Assembly: GCA_041572575.1 (NCBI GenBank)
Contig: JBFFSH010000054.1
Span: 1 to 17,535 of the forward strand
Length of the DNA: 17,535 nucleotides
Reading direction: 5' to 3'
Source of the DNA: Thermodesulfobacteriota bacterium
GTDB lineage: Bacteria; Desulfobacterota_D; UBA1144; Nemesobacterales; N074bin48
The position numbers and the translations under genes were made by a program. The notes under the pieces were generated by a model that was not told where the DNA came from, searched no databases, and saw only the letters and a program-made list of their open reading frames with translations. This document shows, in pieces, positions 7,516 through 15,547 of the stretch (positions within the stretch are counted from its first letter, which is position 1; every line of letters begins with the position of its first letter).

Positions 7516-9072
7516 ATGTTTGAACTGCAAGACCGTGACAAAGAACATCTTATAAAAAAAGGTATTACAGAGAAGAAGTTTTATGATCAGTTAAAGCTTC
7601 TGAAACAGGGTGTTCCATTTATTGACCTTGTACGGCCCTGTACCATGGAAAATGGAGTTAAATCCCTTGGTGAAATTGAATTAGAGCAGTGCATAGATCT
7701 ATATGAAAATAGTCTTGGCAGGGTTAACCCTGTAAAATTCGTTCCCGCATCAGGTGCTGCCAGTAGAATGTTTGCTGTGCTTAGCAAATTGTTGAACAAT
7801 TATGAGCAATATGAGGATAAGATTTCGGGTGACTCTAAAGACAACGATACTAATTCATTGTTGCAATTCACCGACAATATAAACAGCTTTGCCTTTGCTG
7901 AAGACCTTAAAGATGTAATTAAAAACAACGGTGGGGACTTGCAGGGGTTAATTGATGATAAAAATTATAAGGTTATCTTAGAACACCTGCTCACAGACAA
8001 GGGGCTTGACTATCTTAACTGTCCCAAGGGGCTTATAAAATTTCACAAGTATGAAGATCAGGTAAGAACCGCGTTTGAAGAACATCTTTTTGAAACAAAA
8101 AGTTATTCTAAGAATAGTGGTGGTACAGCATGGGTGCATTTCACCATACTTAAGGAACACGAGCATAAATTTAATGAATATGCCAGGTCTGTAATAAGTA
8201 AATATGAAGGCGATGGAGTAAAATTGAATGTTTCATTTTCCTTCCAGAGTCCTGACACTGATATAGTGGCAGTCGATTTTGATGACAATCCTATAAGGAA
8301 TAAGGATGGTGAGCTTGTGTTCAGGCCAGGTGGTCACGGGGCACTGCTTCAAAACCTGGGTGATTTGGATGCCGAGATCATATTTGTAAAAAATATTGAT
8401 AATGTCGTCCCTGACAGACTCAAAGATAAGACTATCATATACAAGAAGGCTCTTGCAGGTTACTTGCTTGATCTAAAAAAGAATATAGATGACTATTTAA
8501 ACCTCATCTCTGAAAATAAGATAAATGATTCTCAATTAGAAGATGCGCGCGGGTTTATAAACGATAGACTGGAAATAGAAATCCCAGCAGATTTTGAAGC
8601 TAAATCAGCTGAACAAAAAAAGGAATATATATTCAATGTCCTCAACAGACCACTTAGAGTTTGTGGAGTCGTTAAAAATGAAGGGGAGCCCGGCGGCGGG
8701 CCATTTTGGGTTAAAGACCTTTCTGGAAATATCAGTAAGCAAATCGTAGAATCGGCGCAGGTTGATATTAATAATAAAGAGCAAAGCCGTATATGGAACT
8801 CATCAACACATTTTAATCCTGTTGATCTTGTTTGCTCAATATATGACTGCAAGGGAAATAAATTTGATCTTGATAAGTTTGTAGATATGAACACAGTGTT
8901 TATTACCAAAAAATCAAAGGACGGTACCGACCTAAAAGCAATGGAGCTTCCCGGACTTTGGAACGGATCTATGGCATACTGGAATACCATATTCGTAGAA
9001 GTTCCTCTTATTACCTTTAATCCAGTAAAAACAGTGTTTGACCTTCTAAAACCAGAACATCAGGCGGGGTAG
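7516..9072 (+). CDS. DUF4301 family protein (nucleotide-diphospho-sugar transferase/UDPGP-like fold)
   Basis: KFVPASGAASRMF, PKGLIKFHKY, FEEHL, FRPGGHGALL, FVKNIDNV, RPLRVCGVVKNEGEPGGGPFW, THFNPVDLVC, ELPGLWNGSMAYWNT, FNPVKTV.DLL...HQ. Confidence 0.9.
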   Translation: MFELQDRDKEHLIKKGITEKKFYDQLKLLKQGVPFIDLVRPCTMENGVKSLGEIELEQCIDLYENSLGRVNPVKFVPASGAASRMFAVLSKLLNNYEQYEDKISGDSKDNDTNSLLQFTDNINSFAFAEDLKDVIKNNGGDLQGLIDDKNYKVILEHLLTDKGLDYLNCPKGLIKFHKYEDQVRTAFEEHLFETKSYSKNSGGTAWVHFTILKEHEHKFNEYARSVISKYEGDGVKLNVSFSFQSPDTDIVAVDFDDNPIRNKDGELVFRPGGHGALLQNLGDLDAEIIFVKNIDNVVPDRLKDKTIIYKKALAGYLLDLKKNIDDYLNLISENKINDSQLEDARGFINDRLEIEIPADFEAKSAEQKKEYIFNVLNRPLRVCGVVKNEGEPGGGPFWVKDLSGNISKQIVESAQVDINNKEQSRIWNSSTHFNPVDLVCSIYDCKGNKFDLDKFVDMNTVFITKKSKDGTDLKAMELPGLWNGSMAYWNTIFVEVPLITFNPVKTVFDLLKPEHQAG

Positions 9073-9112
9073 ATTCTATCTTTTAGATTGATAAGCCTGC
9101 TAACCTATATAA

Positions 9113-10378
9113 ATGACTAAACCGGTTCTTAGTGCCTATATAGATACATCGGAGTTTGCCGACTTAATAGATTTGGAATTAAGAGCACCGCTCTATCAGA
9201 TTCTAAGCATAGTTGATTCCTTATATAGTACTCAAATAACAGGACGGAACCTGCATGAAACTGAGAATGCAAAATATAAAGAGATAATTAACCTTTTATA
9301 TAAATGCGCCGATTATTTATCATCCGAGAGTGCATCTAAACTAAGGGAGCAGGTGCAGAGAATAGAAAATGGTATTTATGATCTTGCTGTTATTGATATA
9401 AGCACTTCTGACGGCATTACTGTTGTTCTTGTTTTTGGTAAAGTAATATCCTCAACAGATTCAAAGAAATACTACAGTGCAGCGCTTGGAACTGAAGATA
9501 CAAGATTTTATAGCCTTATTGCTGATTATAAAAAGTTTATATCAGAAAATACACAAAAGTTTGAGCTTGTAGAAAAATCAGAATTAAATAGACTGACGAA
9601 TCTGAACAATAGCTTTAAATGCGTAAATGCTATAAAATTTGCAGGATATATAAATAAAGACCATCTTCCTTTTTCGCTCTTTTATTCGGGTGGTAAAAAA
9701 CAGCATCTTTCATCACTTACAAATGCAGTACTATTTACGAACCTTTATTTTGAGAGATATAAACTTATATCACAAAAACTTGCAGATCTTATAATTGACG
9801 ATGATGGTAATACCGAAAACCCAGAGCCCTCAATGTCGGAAAAGATACTGACATTATGGTTATGGGGACATGATACAGGTCATTTCCTCTCAAATGATAA
9901 CCTGAGAGATAATGTCGAATCGGATAATGAGTATCTTTATGAAGTACTTCATGAGCTGCGCTCCGATATATTTTCGTTATACCTGCTCAAATATACATGT
10001 GAGCAATTACTATTAATTGATCAAGGAAAGGTCTACAGTGTGTTTGTTGCTGAAATGCTAAGGTACATAAGAAGAGGGGAGTTTATAAACCAGCCTGATT
10101 CGGTATCTGCCTTTGTTGTTTTTAAATATATGATTTATAAACACGCTTTAGTAATTGAAGAGGGGTCTAATGAAATAGTTTTGAATTTTGCAAAATTTGG
10201 TAAATTAATTGACGAGTTAATGAGTTTTTGCATTAATATTTTTGCCACCGGAGATTTTTTACTGGCAGATGATTTATTGAGTATACTTAAAATGAAAAGA
10301 GATTTTAGCAATTTAGATGATCAACTTCTACTTGATCTAACATTCACAGATATTGCAGTAAATATTAAAATTGTTTAA
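9113..10378 (+). CDS. Hypothetical protein, divergent peptidase M49 (DPP III-like) fold
   Basis: GHDTGHFL ...~22 aa... LHELRSDI, followed by FVAEMLRYIRRG. This parallels the HExxH ... EExKAD ... R..R.G layout of M49-like zincins. Confidence 0.55.
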   Translation: MTKPVLSAYIDTSEFADLIDLELRAPLYQILSIVDSLYSTQITGRNLHETENAKYKEIINLLYKCADYLSSESASKLREQVQRIENGIYDLAVIDISTSDGITVVLVFGKVISSTDSKKYYSAALGTEDTRFYSLIADYKKFISENTQKFELVEKSELNRLTNLNNSFKCVNAIKFAGYINKDHLPFSLFYSGGKKQHLSSLTNAVLFTNLYFERYKLISQKLADLIIDDDGNTENPEPSMSEKILTLWLWGHDTGHFLSNDNLRDNVESDNEYLYEVLHELRSDIFSLYLLKYTCEQLLLIDQGKVYSVFVAEMLRYIRRGEFINQPDSVSAFVVFKYMIYKHALVIEEGSNEIVLNFAKFGKLIDELMSFCINIFATGDFLLADDLLSILKMKRDFSNLDDQLLLDLTFTDIAVNIKIV

Positions 10379-10430
10379 TTGAGCTTAAAAGATTGTATAA
10401 TTTTTATGAACATTTGGGAGGTAAGGAAGT

Positions 10431-11399
10431 ATGAAGATGATGATTTCATTAACAGGTCTGTTTACAGTATTGTTCTCGTTGTTAATTTCATCATATGCAT
10501 TTAGTGATGATTTAAATATTGAGATAATTAAAAAAGGATCGCTTAGTAAAGATATTATAGTAGATTCTGTAGTCGCAAATGATAAAGAGAGTCTTTCTGA
10601 GTTATGGAAACAGATGCAGGATAAATCTCAAATCCCTACTGTTAACTTTGATAAAGAATCTGTCTTTTTCATAATATCAAAAAATGTAAAGGCAGAGAAA
10701 ATAGAGATTACCAAGGTAGAGGCAAAACCTGGAAATAAAGTGAATATAATTTATACAATCAGTGAGTCCAACGGTAAATCAATTAACAGCAGACTAAGCG
10801 GTACGGATTATCCTTATATAATTGGCAGAATTGAAAACCCTAATAATCCAAAGTACGAAATAAGTCTTAGAGAAAATTATAAGGTTCCTCCAATCCCGGC
10901 AAACCAGGCATTGGAGCAGGATATAAAGTACACCAACACTCTATCTCAATATAATCTTGAGATTGTAAACTATGTGCCTTTGGACCTTGGCAATAAGTGG
11001 ACATATAAAATAGAGTCTGATAAGAGGAATGCGGAAGTAACACAGGAAGTTCAGTCTGTATCAAACGGCTGGTCAGTATTAAACAGCTATTTCGGCACAC
11101 AAAATATTGCAATGAAAATCGAACACAGCGGACAGCTCATTGTCTCATCCGATGCGGGTGTTAGGGCGTTTTATACAAATGATGTTCAGACCCAGTTTGT
11201 CAAAGAAGAGATTAAGACTCCCGCAGGTAGTTTTAAGGATCTTATGATTGTTACAATACCTCAAAACAATAATTTTTGGTTCAGGGATGTTTATGCAAAG
11301 GGAGTGGGCCTGGTGCTGCACGAACATATCTCGCCAAAAGGAAATGGAAAGTATACGCTTGTTAAAGCAAAAGTAAGAGGTAAGGATTATCCGGGATAA
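10431..11399 (+). CDS. Exported hypothetical protein: PrcB-C-like N-domain plus a 'PL..G.KWTY / TPAG.F / YA.GVGLV' beta-domain
   Basis: Signal peptide ending ISSYA/FS; LSELW...IPTVNFDKESV; YVPLDLGNKWTY, IKTPAGSFKD, YAKGVGLV. SD GGAGG upstream. Confidence 0.7.
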   Translation: MKMMISLTGLFTVLFSLLISSYAFSDDLNIEIIKKGSLSKDIIVDSVVANDKESLSELWKQMQDKSQIPTVNFDKESVFFIISKNVKAEKIEITKVEAKPGNKVNIIYTISESNGKSINSRLSGTDYPYIIGRIENPNNPKYEISLRENYKVPPIPANQALEQDIKYTNTLSQYNLEIVNYVPLDLGNKWTYKIESDKRNAEVTQEVQSVSNGWSVLNSYFGTQNIAMKIEHSGQLIVSSDAGVRAFYTNDVQTQFVKEEIKTPAGSFKDLMIVTIPQNNNFWFRDVYAKGVGLVLHEHISPKGNGKYTLVKAKVRGKDYPG

Positions 11400-11414
11400 T
11401 CTGGCATTATTTGT

Positions 11415-11444
11415 TTGACTTTTTATAATACTAGCAGTTATTTT
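11415..11444 (+). promoter_or_regulatory. Probable promoter for the tRNA-Ser/tRNA-Arg/trpS unit
   Basis: TTGACT (11415-11420)-N18-TATTTT (11439-11444). Confidence 0.4.
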
Positions 11445-11463
11445 ATGTCCTTTTAAAAGTGAT

Positions 11464-11552
11464 GGAGAGGTGGCCGAGTGGCCGAAGGCGCTCGCCTGCT
11501 AAGCGAGTAGGGGGTTTATACCCCCTCGTGGGTTCAAATCCCACCCTCTCCG
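11464..11552 (+). tRNA. tRNA-Ser(GCT)
   Basis: GGAGAGG/CCTCTCC acceptor stem, anticodon arm CTCGC-CTGCTAA-GCGAG, long variable arm GGGGG-TTTATA-CCCCC, G discriminator; no CCA. Confidence 0.97.
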
Positions 11553-11582
11553 AAATTCTATATTAATTGAAATTTAAGTTTT

Positions 11583-11656
11583 GCGCCCGTAGCTCAACTG
11601 GACAGAGCGTGTGACTACGGATCACAAGGTTGGGGGTTCGACTCCCTCCGGGCGCG
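11583..11656 (+). tRNA. tRNA-Arg(ACG)
   Basis: GCGCCCG/CGGGCGC acceptor stem, TGTGA-CTACGGA-TCACA anticodon arm, GGTTCGAC T-loop; no CCA. Confidence 0.97.
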
Positions 11657-11707
11657 GTTCTTTATATATTTAATTAATTGCTATTTATTGTTAGGAGCTA
11701 AAAGAAT

Positions 11708-12715
11708 ATGAGTGATAAAAAAGATGTGCTTGTTACAGGTGACCGTCCTACCGGAAGACTTCACCTTGGTCATTTGGTTGGCTCTTTAAACAATAGAATT
11801 AAGTTCCAGCAGGAATATAACTGTTATTTCCTCATAGCAGACCTACACATGCTTACAACTCACTTCGATAAGGTAAAGGAAGTGGAAGAAAGCGTGATAG
11901 AAATGGTCATAGACTGGCTTAGTGTCGGGATGGATCCAAACAAATCTACATTCTACCTTCAGTCGGAGATACCTTATATTACTGAGCTTTATACAATACT
12001 TGCGATGCTTTGCTCAGTGGCGCGTTCTGAGAGAATTCCAACCCTAAAAGAGAAAATTCAGGATATGGGAGTGGGAGAAAACTATTCGGTGGGACTTCTT
12101 GGATATCCTATATTAATGGCTGCTGATATATTAATGTATAAAGCCGTAAAGGTTCCCGTAGGAGAAGATCAGCTAAGCCACATTGAAATTACAAGGGAGC
12201 TTGCAAGGAGATTCAACCACATTTATGGAGATTATTTTACTGAGCCAGAACCAATTATAAGCGAAACCTCAAGGCTTGTAGGTACTGATGGTGACAGAAA
12301 AATGAGCAAGAGCCTTGATAACTGTATTTATCTGTCCGATGATCCAAAGGCAGTTGAAAAAAGGGTAAGAGGAATGTTTACTGATCCAAACCGCATAAGG
12401 GCGGATATTCCCGGTAAAGTTGAGGGAAACCCTGTCTTTATCTATCATGACGCTTTTAATGATAATACCGAAGAGGTAGACGACCTTAAGGACAGATACA
12501 GAACCGGAAACGTTGGGGACGTAGAAGTAAAGAAGAAGCTTGCTGCAGCAATAAATAAACTACTCGAACCCATAAGAGAAAAGAGAAGTTACTACGAGAC
12601 CAGAAGAGACGAAGTAAAAGACATAATAAAACAAGGTACAGCTAAAGCCAAAGAGGATGCAGGTGTTATAATGAACGAAATTCTCGACCATATTGGAATG
12701 TACAGACCTCTGTAG
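11708..12715 (+). CDS. trpS: Tryptophan--tRNA ligase
   Basis: [13 protein letters not shown] (HIGH), [36 protein letters not shown]. Confidence 0.97.
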   Translation: MSDKKDVLVTGDRPTGRLHLGHLVGSLNNRIKFQQEYNCYFLIADLHMLTTHFDKVKEVEESVIEMVIDWLSVGMDPNKSTFYLQSEIPYITELYTILAMLCSVARSERIPTLKEKIQDMGVGENYSVGLLGYPILMAADILMYKAVKVPVGEDQLSHIEITRELARRFNHIYGDYFTEPEPIISETSRLVGTDGDRKMSKSLDNCIYLSDDPKAVEKRVRGMFTDPNRIRADIPGKVEGNPVFIYHDAFNDNTEEVDDLKDRYRTGNVGDVEVKKKLAAAINKLLEPIREKRSYYETRRDEVKDIIKQGTAKAKEDAGVIMNEILDHIGMYRPL

Positions 12716-12807
12716 TTTTTTAAAAAATTCCTTATTTATCAAAATAGTTCTATTTAGGTTGTTTCAACTCTGTTATTATAGGTACAAACTAGTTATGGAT
12801 AACTAAT

Positions 12808-13971
12808 TTGAACTATAATAATGCCCATATTTTTGAGTCACTGACGGAGGAGCAAAAACTTTTAATTATTTTAAGTAAAGCTAGCCCGGATCCAAGTGAT
12901 TTGGAATGCATTGAAACACTAGATTTTAAGTCTGTTGACTGGACTTATATAATTAACTTTTCAAAAGTACATGGAATAACTTCACTGATTTGTTTTAATA
13001 TTAATAAGCATAAAAATATTTCTGTACCTGAACTAGAGCTTAAAAAGCTTAAAACTGCAAGTCTGCAAAATTCCAAGAAAAACCTTTTTTTAACATCAGT
13101 GTTGTTAAAGATCCTAAAGGATTTAAAAAAGATTGGAATTGAGGCTGTTGCTCATAAAGGGCCAGTGTTATCAAGGATGCTCTATGATGATATTACTATT
13201 AGAGATTTTACGGATATTGACATAATCGTATACAAAAAAGATGTCATAAAGGCAAAAGAATACCTTATCCAAAACGGTTATTCTCCCCAGTTTGATTTGA
13301 AAGGTTATAAGGAGGATTATTATTTAAACAGTAAATATTACTATATAAATTTTCTAAGAGATGACAGCAAGGCGGCACTTGATCTACACTGGGCACTATC
13401 GGCTCCAAATTATGGATTTTCTACAGGCCTTGAACATTTTTCTTCAAAACTGGACAAGATAAATCTTAATAATGTGTCTCTGGATGTGCTTAGGGAAGAA
13501 GATTTATTCCTGCAGCTTTGTATTCATGGCGCAAAACACAACTTTTCAAGATTTTGCTGGCTTGCTGATATAGTAAACCTTGCAGCTGTTAACAAGGGTA
13601 TGGATTATGAATATATTACCCGGCAGGCTGCAAAGTTGGGATGTACTAACATTGTTACATTTAGCGCTGAATTAATATGGTGTTTATTTAATGTGCGGCT
13701 TCATGTATGCCATGATTTAAAACCGGAGCAAAAAACCTTATTGTTTGCTAAAAACCTTGTTGTAAATAATACTGGTCATTCTGCAGGTTCGTTGTTCCCT
13801 GTTTTATTTGATACAGCAAAAGATAGAATAATATATTATTTAAATACATATATTTATCCTACACCAATAGAATTTTCTGTTGTTAATCTGAATAAATATT
13901 TATTCTTCGTGTATTATATAATTCGACTCATTCGAATGTTTTATAAGGGCATTGCTAAACTTCTGAATTAA
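12808..13971 (+). CDS. Nucleotidyltransferase family protein (NTP_transf_5-like); TTG start uncertain
   Basis: HKGPVLS..LY....RDFTDIDIIV, LDLHW, QLCIHGAKH, WLADI. Confidence 0.85.
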   Translation: MNYNNAHIFESLTEEQKLLIILSKASPDPSDLECIETLDFKSVDWTYIINFSKVHGITSLICFNINKHKNISVPELELKKLKTASLQNSKKNLFLTSVLLKILKDLKKIGIEAVAHKGPVLSRMLYDDITIRDFTDIDIIVYKKDVIKAKEYLIQNGYSPQFDLKGYKEDYYLNSKYYYINFLRDDSKAALDLHWALSAPNYGFSTGLEHFSSKLDKINLNNVSLDVLREEDLFLQLCIHGAKHNFSRFCWLADIVNLAAVNKGMDYEYITRQAAKLGCTNIVTFSAELIWCLFNVRLHVCHDLKPEQKTLLFAKNLVVNNTGHSAGSLFPVLFDTAKDRIIYYLNTYIYPTPIEFSVVNLNKYLFFVYYIIRLIRMFYKGIAKLLN

Positions 13972-15388
13972 TAGGTTCACCGATCTTGGTTTTTCTCACC
14001 CTCTTTACCTTTACTATATCTTTACTGTTGTTTTTAGAGTTAATCCCATAAATAATCCCAATCATTGCTGTAAAAATTAGAGCGTTGGCTGGAATATGCA
14101 GATTAAAGTCCGCAAGGCTGTGAATTAGTATTGACACTACTGAGCAAAGTGCTCCAAGGGTGATAAAAAAACCAAATGGGTTAGAAGTTTTTAAATGGAA
14201 TCTGAGATACTTTATAGAATCTTTAAACAAAATTATAAGCCCAGCCGTAAGACAGCTAAATCCAATAAAGCCTGTTTCAACGAGTAAATATATATAATCG
14301 TTATGGGCATAGTTGTAGTCGACAGCTGTTTTTAAGTTTTCCTTGTATAGTGGATAAATATACTTAAATGTTCCAAGCCCTGATCCAAAAAGATGAAAAT
14401 CAGTAATAATTCCAATGCAATCTTTCCAAACCTTTATTCTTGCCGCAGCGCTTAGTTCGCTAAATCTATCTAAGACCGGTGTTATATCTATAAGAAATAT
14501 TAATAAAATAAAAAAAAGTACCGAGATTACTATGAACCAAATGAAGTTTTTGTAATTTTTGGTGATAAAGCTCGGAAGAAAGAAAAAGAATATTAGTGAA
14601 ATAACAATACTCATTATCCCCATGCGGGATTTTGATATAATTAGTGCAATAAAAGTAGCTGCAACTATATTTAAAATTATTAATTGTTTAAAACGGTCAG
14701 CATTTAAGAGCGAACTGAGTGAGATTTTGCTTTTGCTACCCCAGTTTTTATTGAATGATAGCCCGAGTCCTATTAATATAGGAATTAAAAGTTCAAGTAA
14801 ACCTGCATAATGGTTTTTGTTTACAAAAGTTCCATGCGCCGATTTGCTGTTGGTAATTCCATATACTATAAATGATTGATAAAAACCTATAGCTGTTTCA
14901 ATGACTGCTAATAATATTATTGGTATAATAACTATGAACAGCTTTGACTTATTTGTAATATATCTCGACAGGAAAAAGCCAAAAAGAAAATAAGATAAAA
15001 CCAGCATGAGTGAGTTTTTCGTCGCAAACGGGTATATGCTGAGCGTAAACCAATCCCTGTCGTAATATGGACTAATGGTACTTAGTATGTTGCGACTATT
15101 GTCCCATATCTCAAAGCTTTTGCTGCTGAGTATATTATGTACCCAATTTGGGAGGTTTATAGTTTGAAAAAAACATAGAAGTACAAGGATGATAAGTGGT
15201 AATAATCTTACTAAATTTATCTTTATACTTTGTTTCTCAAAATAATGTTTTGTTAACCATAGAGCCATAATTATATATATAGCTAACTGTATTAGTTGTA
15301 TTGAGAGCGTCAGTACACTGCCATAATAAAGCGGTGGGAATAGAATTAACGATGAAGTGAAAATAATAATAAAGAAATTGATAATCAA
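13955..15388 (-). CDS. O-antigen ligase / O-oligosaccharyltransferase-like membrane protein (Wzy_C domain)
   Basis: Multiple TM segments; GTFVNKNHYAG, SKSRMG, R...W......I.DF.LFGSGLGTF, YAHNDY, ETG..G, IHSLADFNLHIPAN. Confidence 0.88.
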   Translation of the reverse strand: MIINFFIIIFTSSLILFPPLYYGSVLTLSIQLIQLAIYIIMALWLTKHYFEKQSIKINLVRLLPLIILVLLCFFQTINLPNWVHNILSSKSFEIWDNSRNILSTISPYYDRDWFTLSIYPFATKNSLMLVLSYFLFGFFLSRYITNKSKLFIVIIPIILLAVIETAIGFYQSFIVYGITNSKSAHGTFVNKNHYAGLLELLIPILIGLGLSFNKNWGSKSKISLSSLLNADRFKQLIILNIVAATFIALIISKSRMGIMSIVISLIFFFFLPSFITKNYKNFIWFIVISVLFFILLIFLIDITPVLDRFSELSAAARIKVWKDCIGIITDFHLFGSGLGTFKYIYPLYKENLKTAVDYNYAHNDYIYLLVETGFIGFSCLTAGLIILFKDSIKYLRFHLKTSNPFGFFITLGALCSVVSILIHSLADFNLHIPANALIFTAMIGIIYGINSKNNSKDIVKVKRVRKTKIGEPINSEV

Positions 15389-15547
15389 TACTACCTTAGG
15401 TTAATAATATTTTAGGTTTATATTTTTTGTTAATTAACTGTTAATATTATTAGAATAATGATATAATTTGAAATTATTGCACTTGTTTGTGAAAATATAA
15501 CATAAGTGATGAGTTAATCATATTTATATGAATATGCGGGAGTTGCC

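Noticed and set aside
7587..8990. Minus-strand ORFs inside DUF4301 (including the 152-aa 8532..8990)
   Set aside because: Antisense shadows with no independent coding evidence.
11657..11707. T-box or attenuator upstream of trpS
   Set aside because: Only 51 nt of AT-rich spacer; no room or motif for one.
12808..13971. Lasso-peptide biosynthetic cluster
   Set aside because: NTP_transf_5 is present, but no cyclase, B1/B2 or precursor gene is visible in the window.
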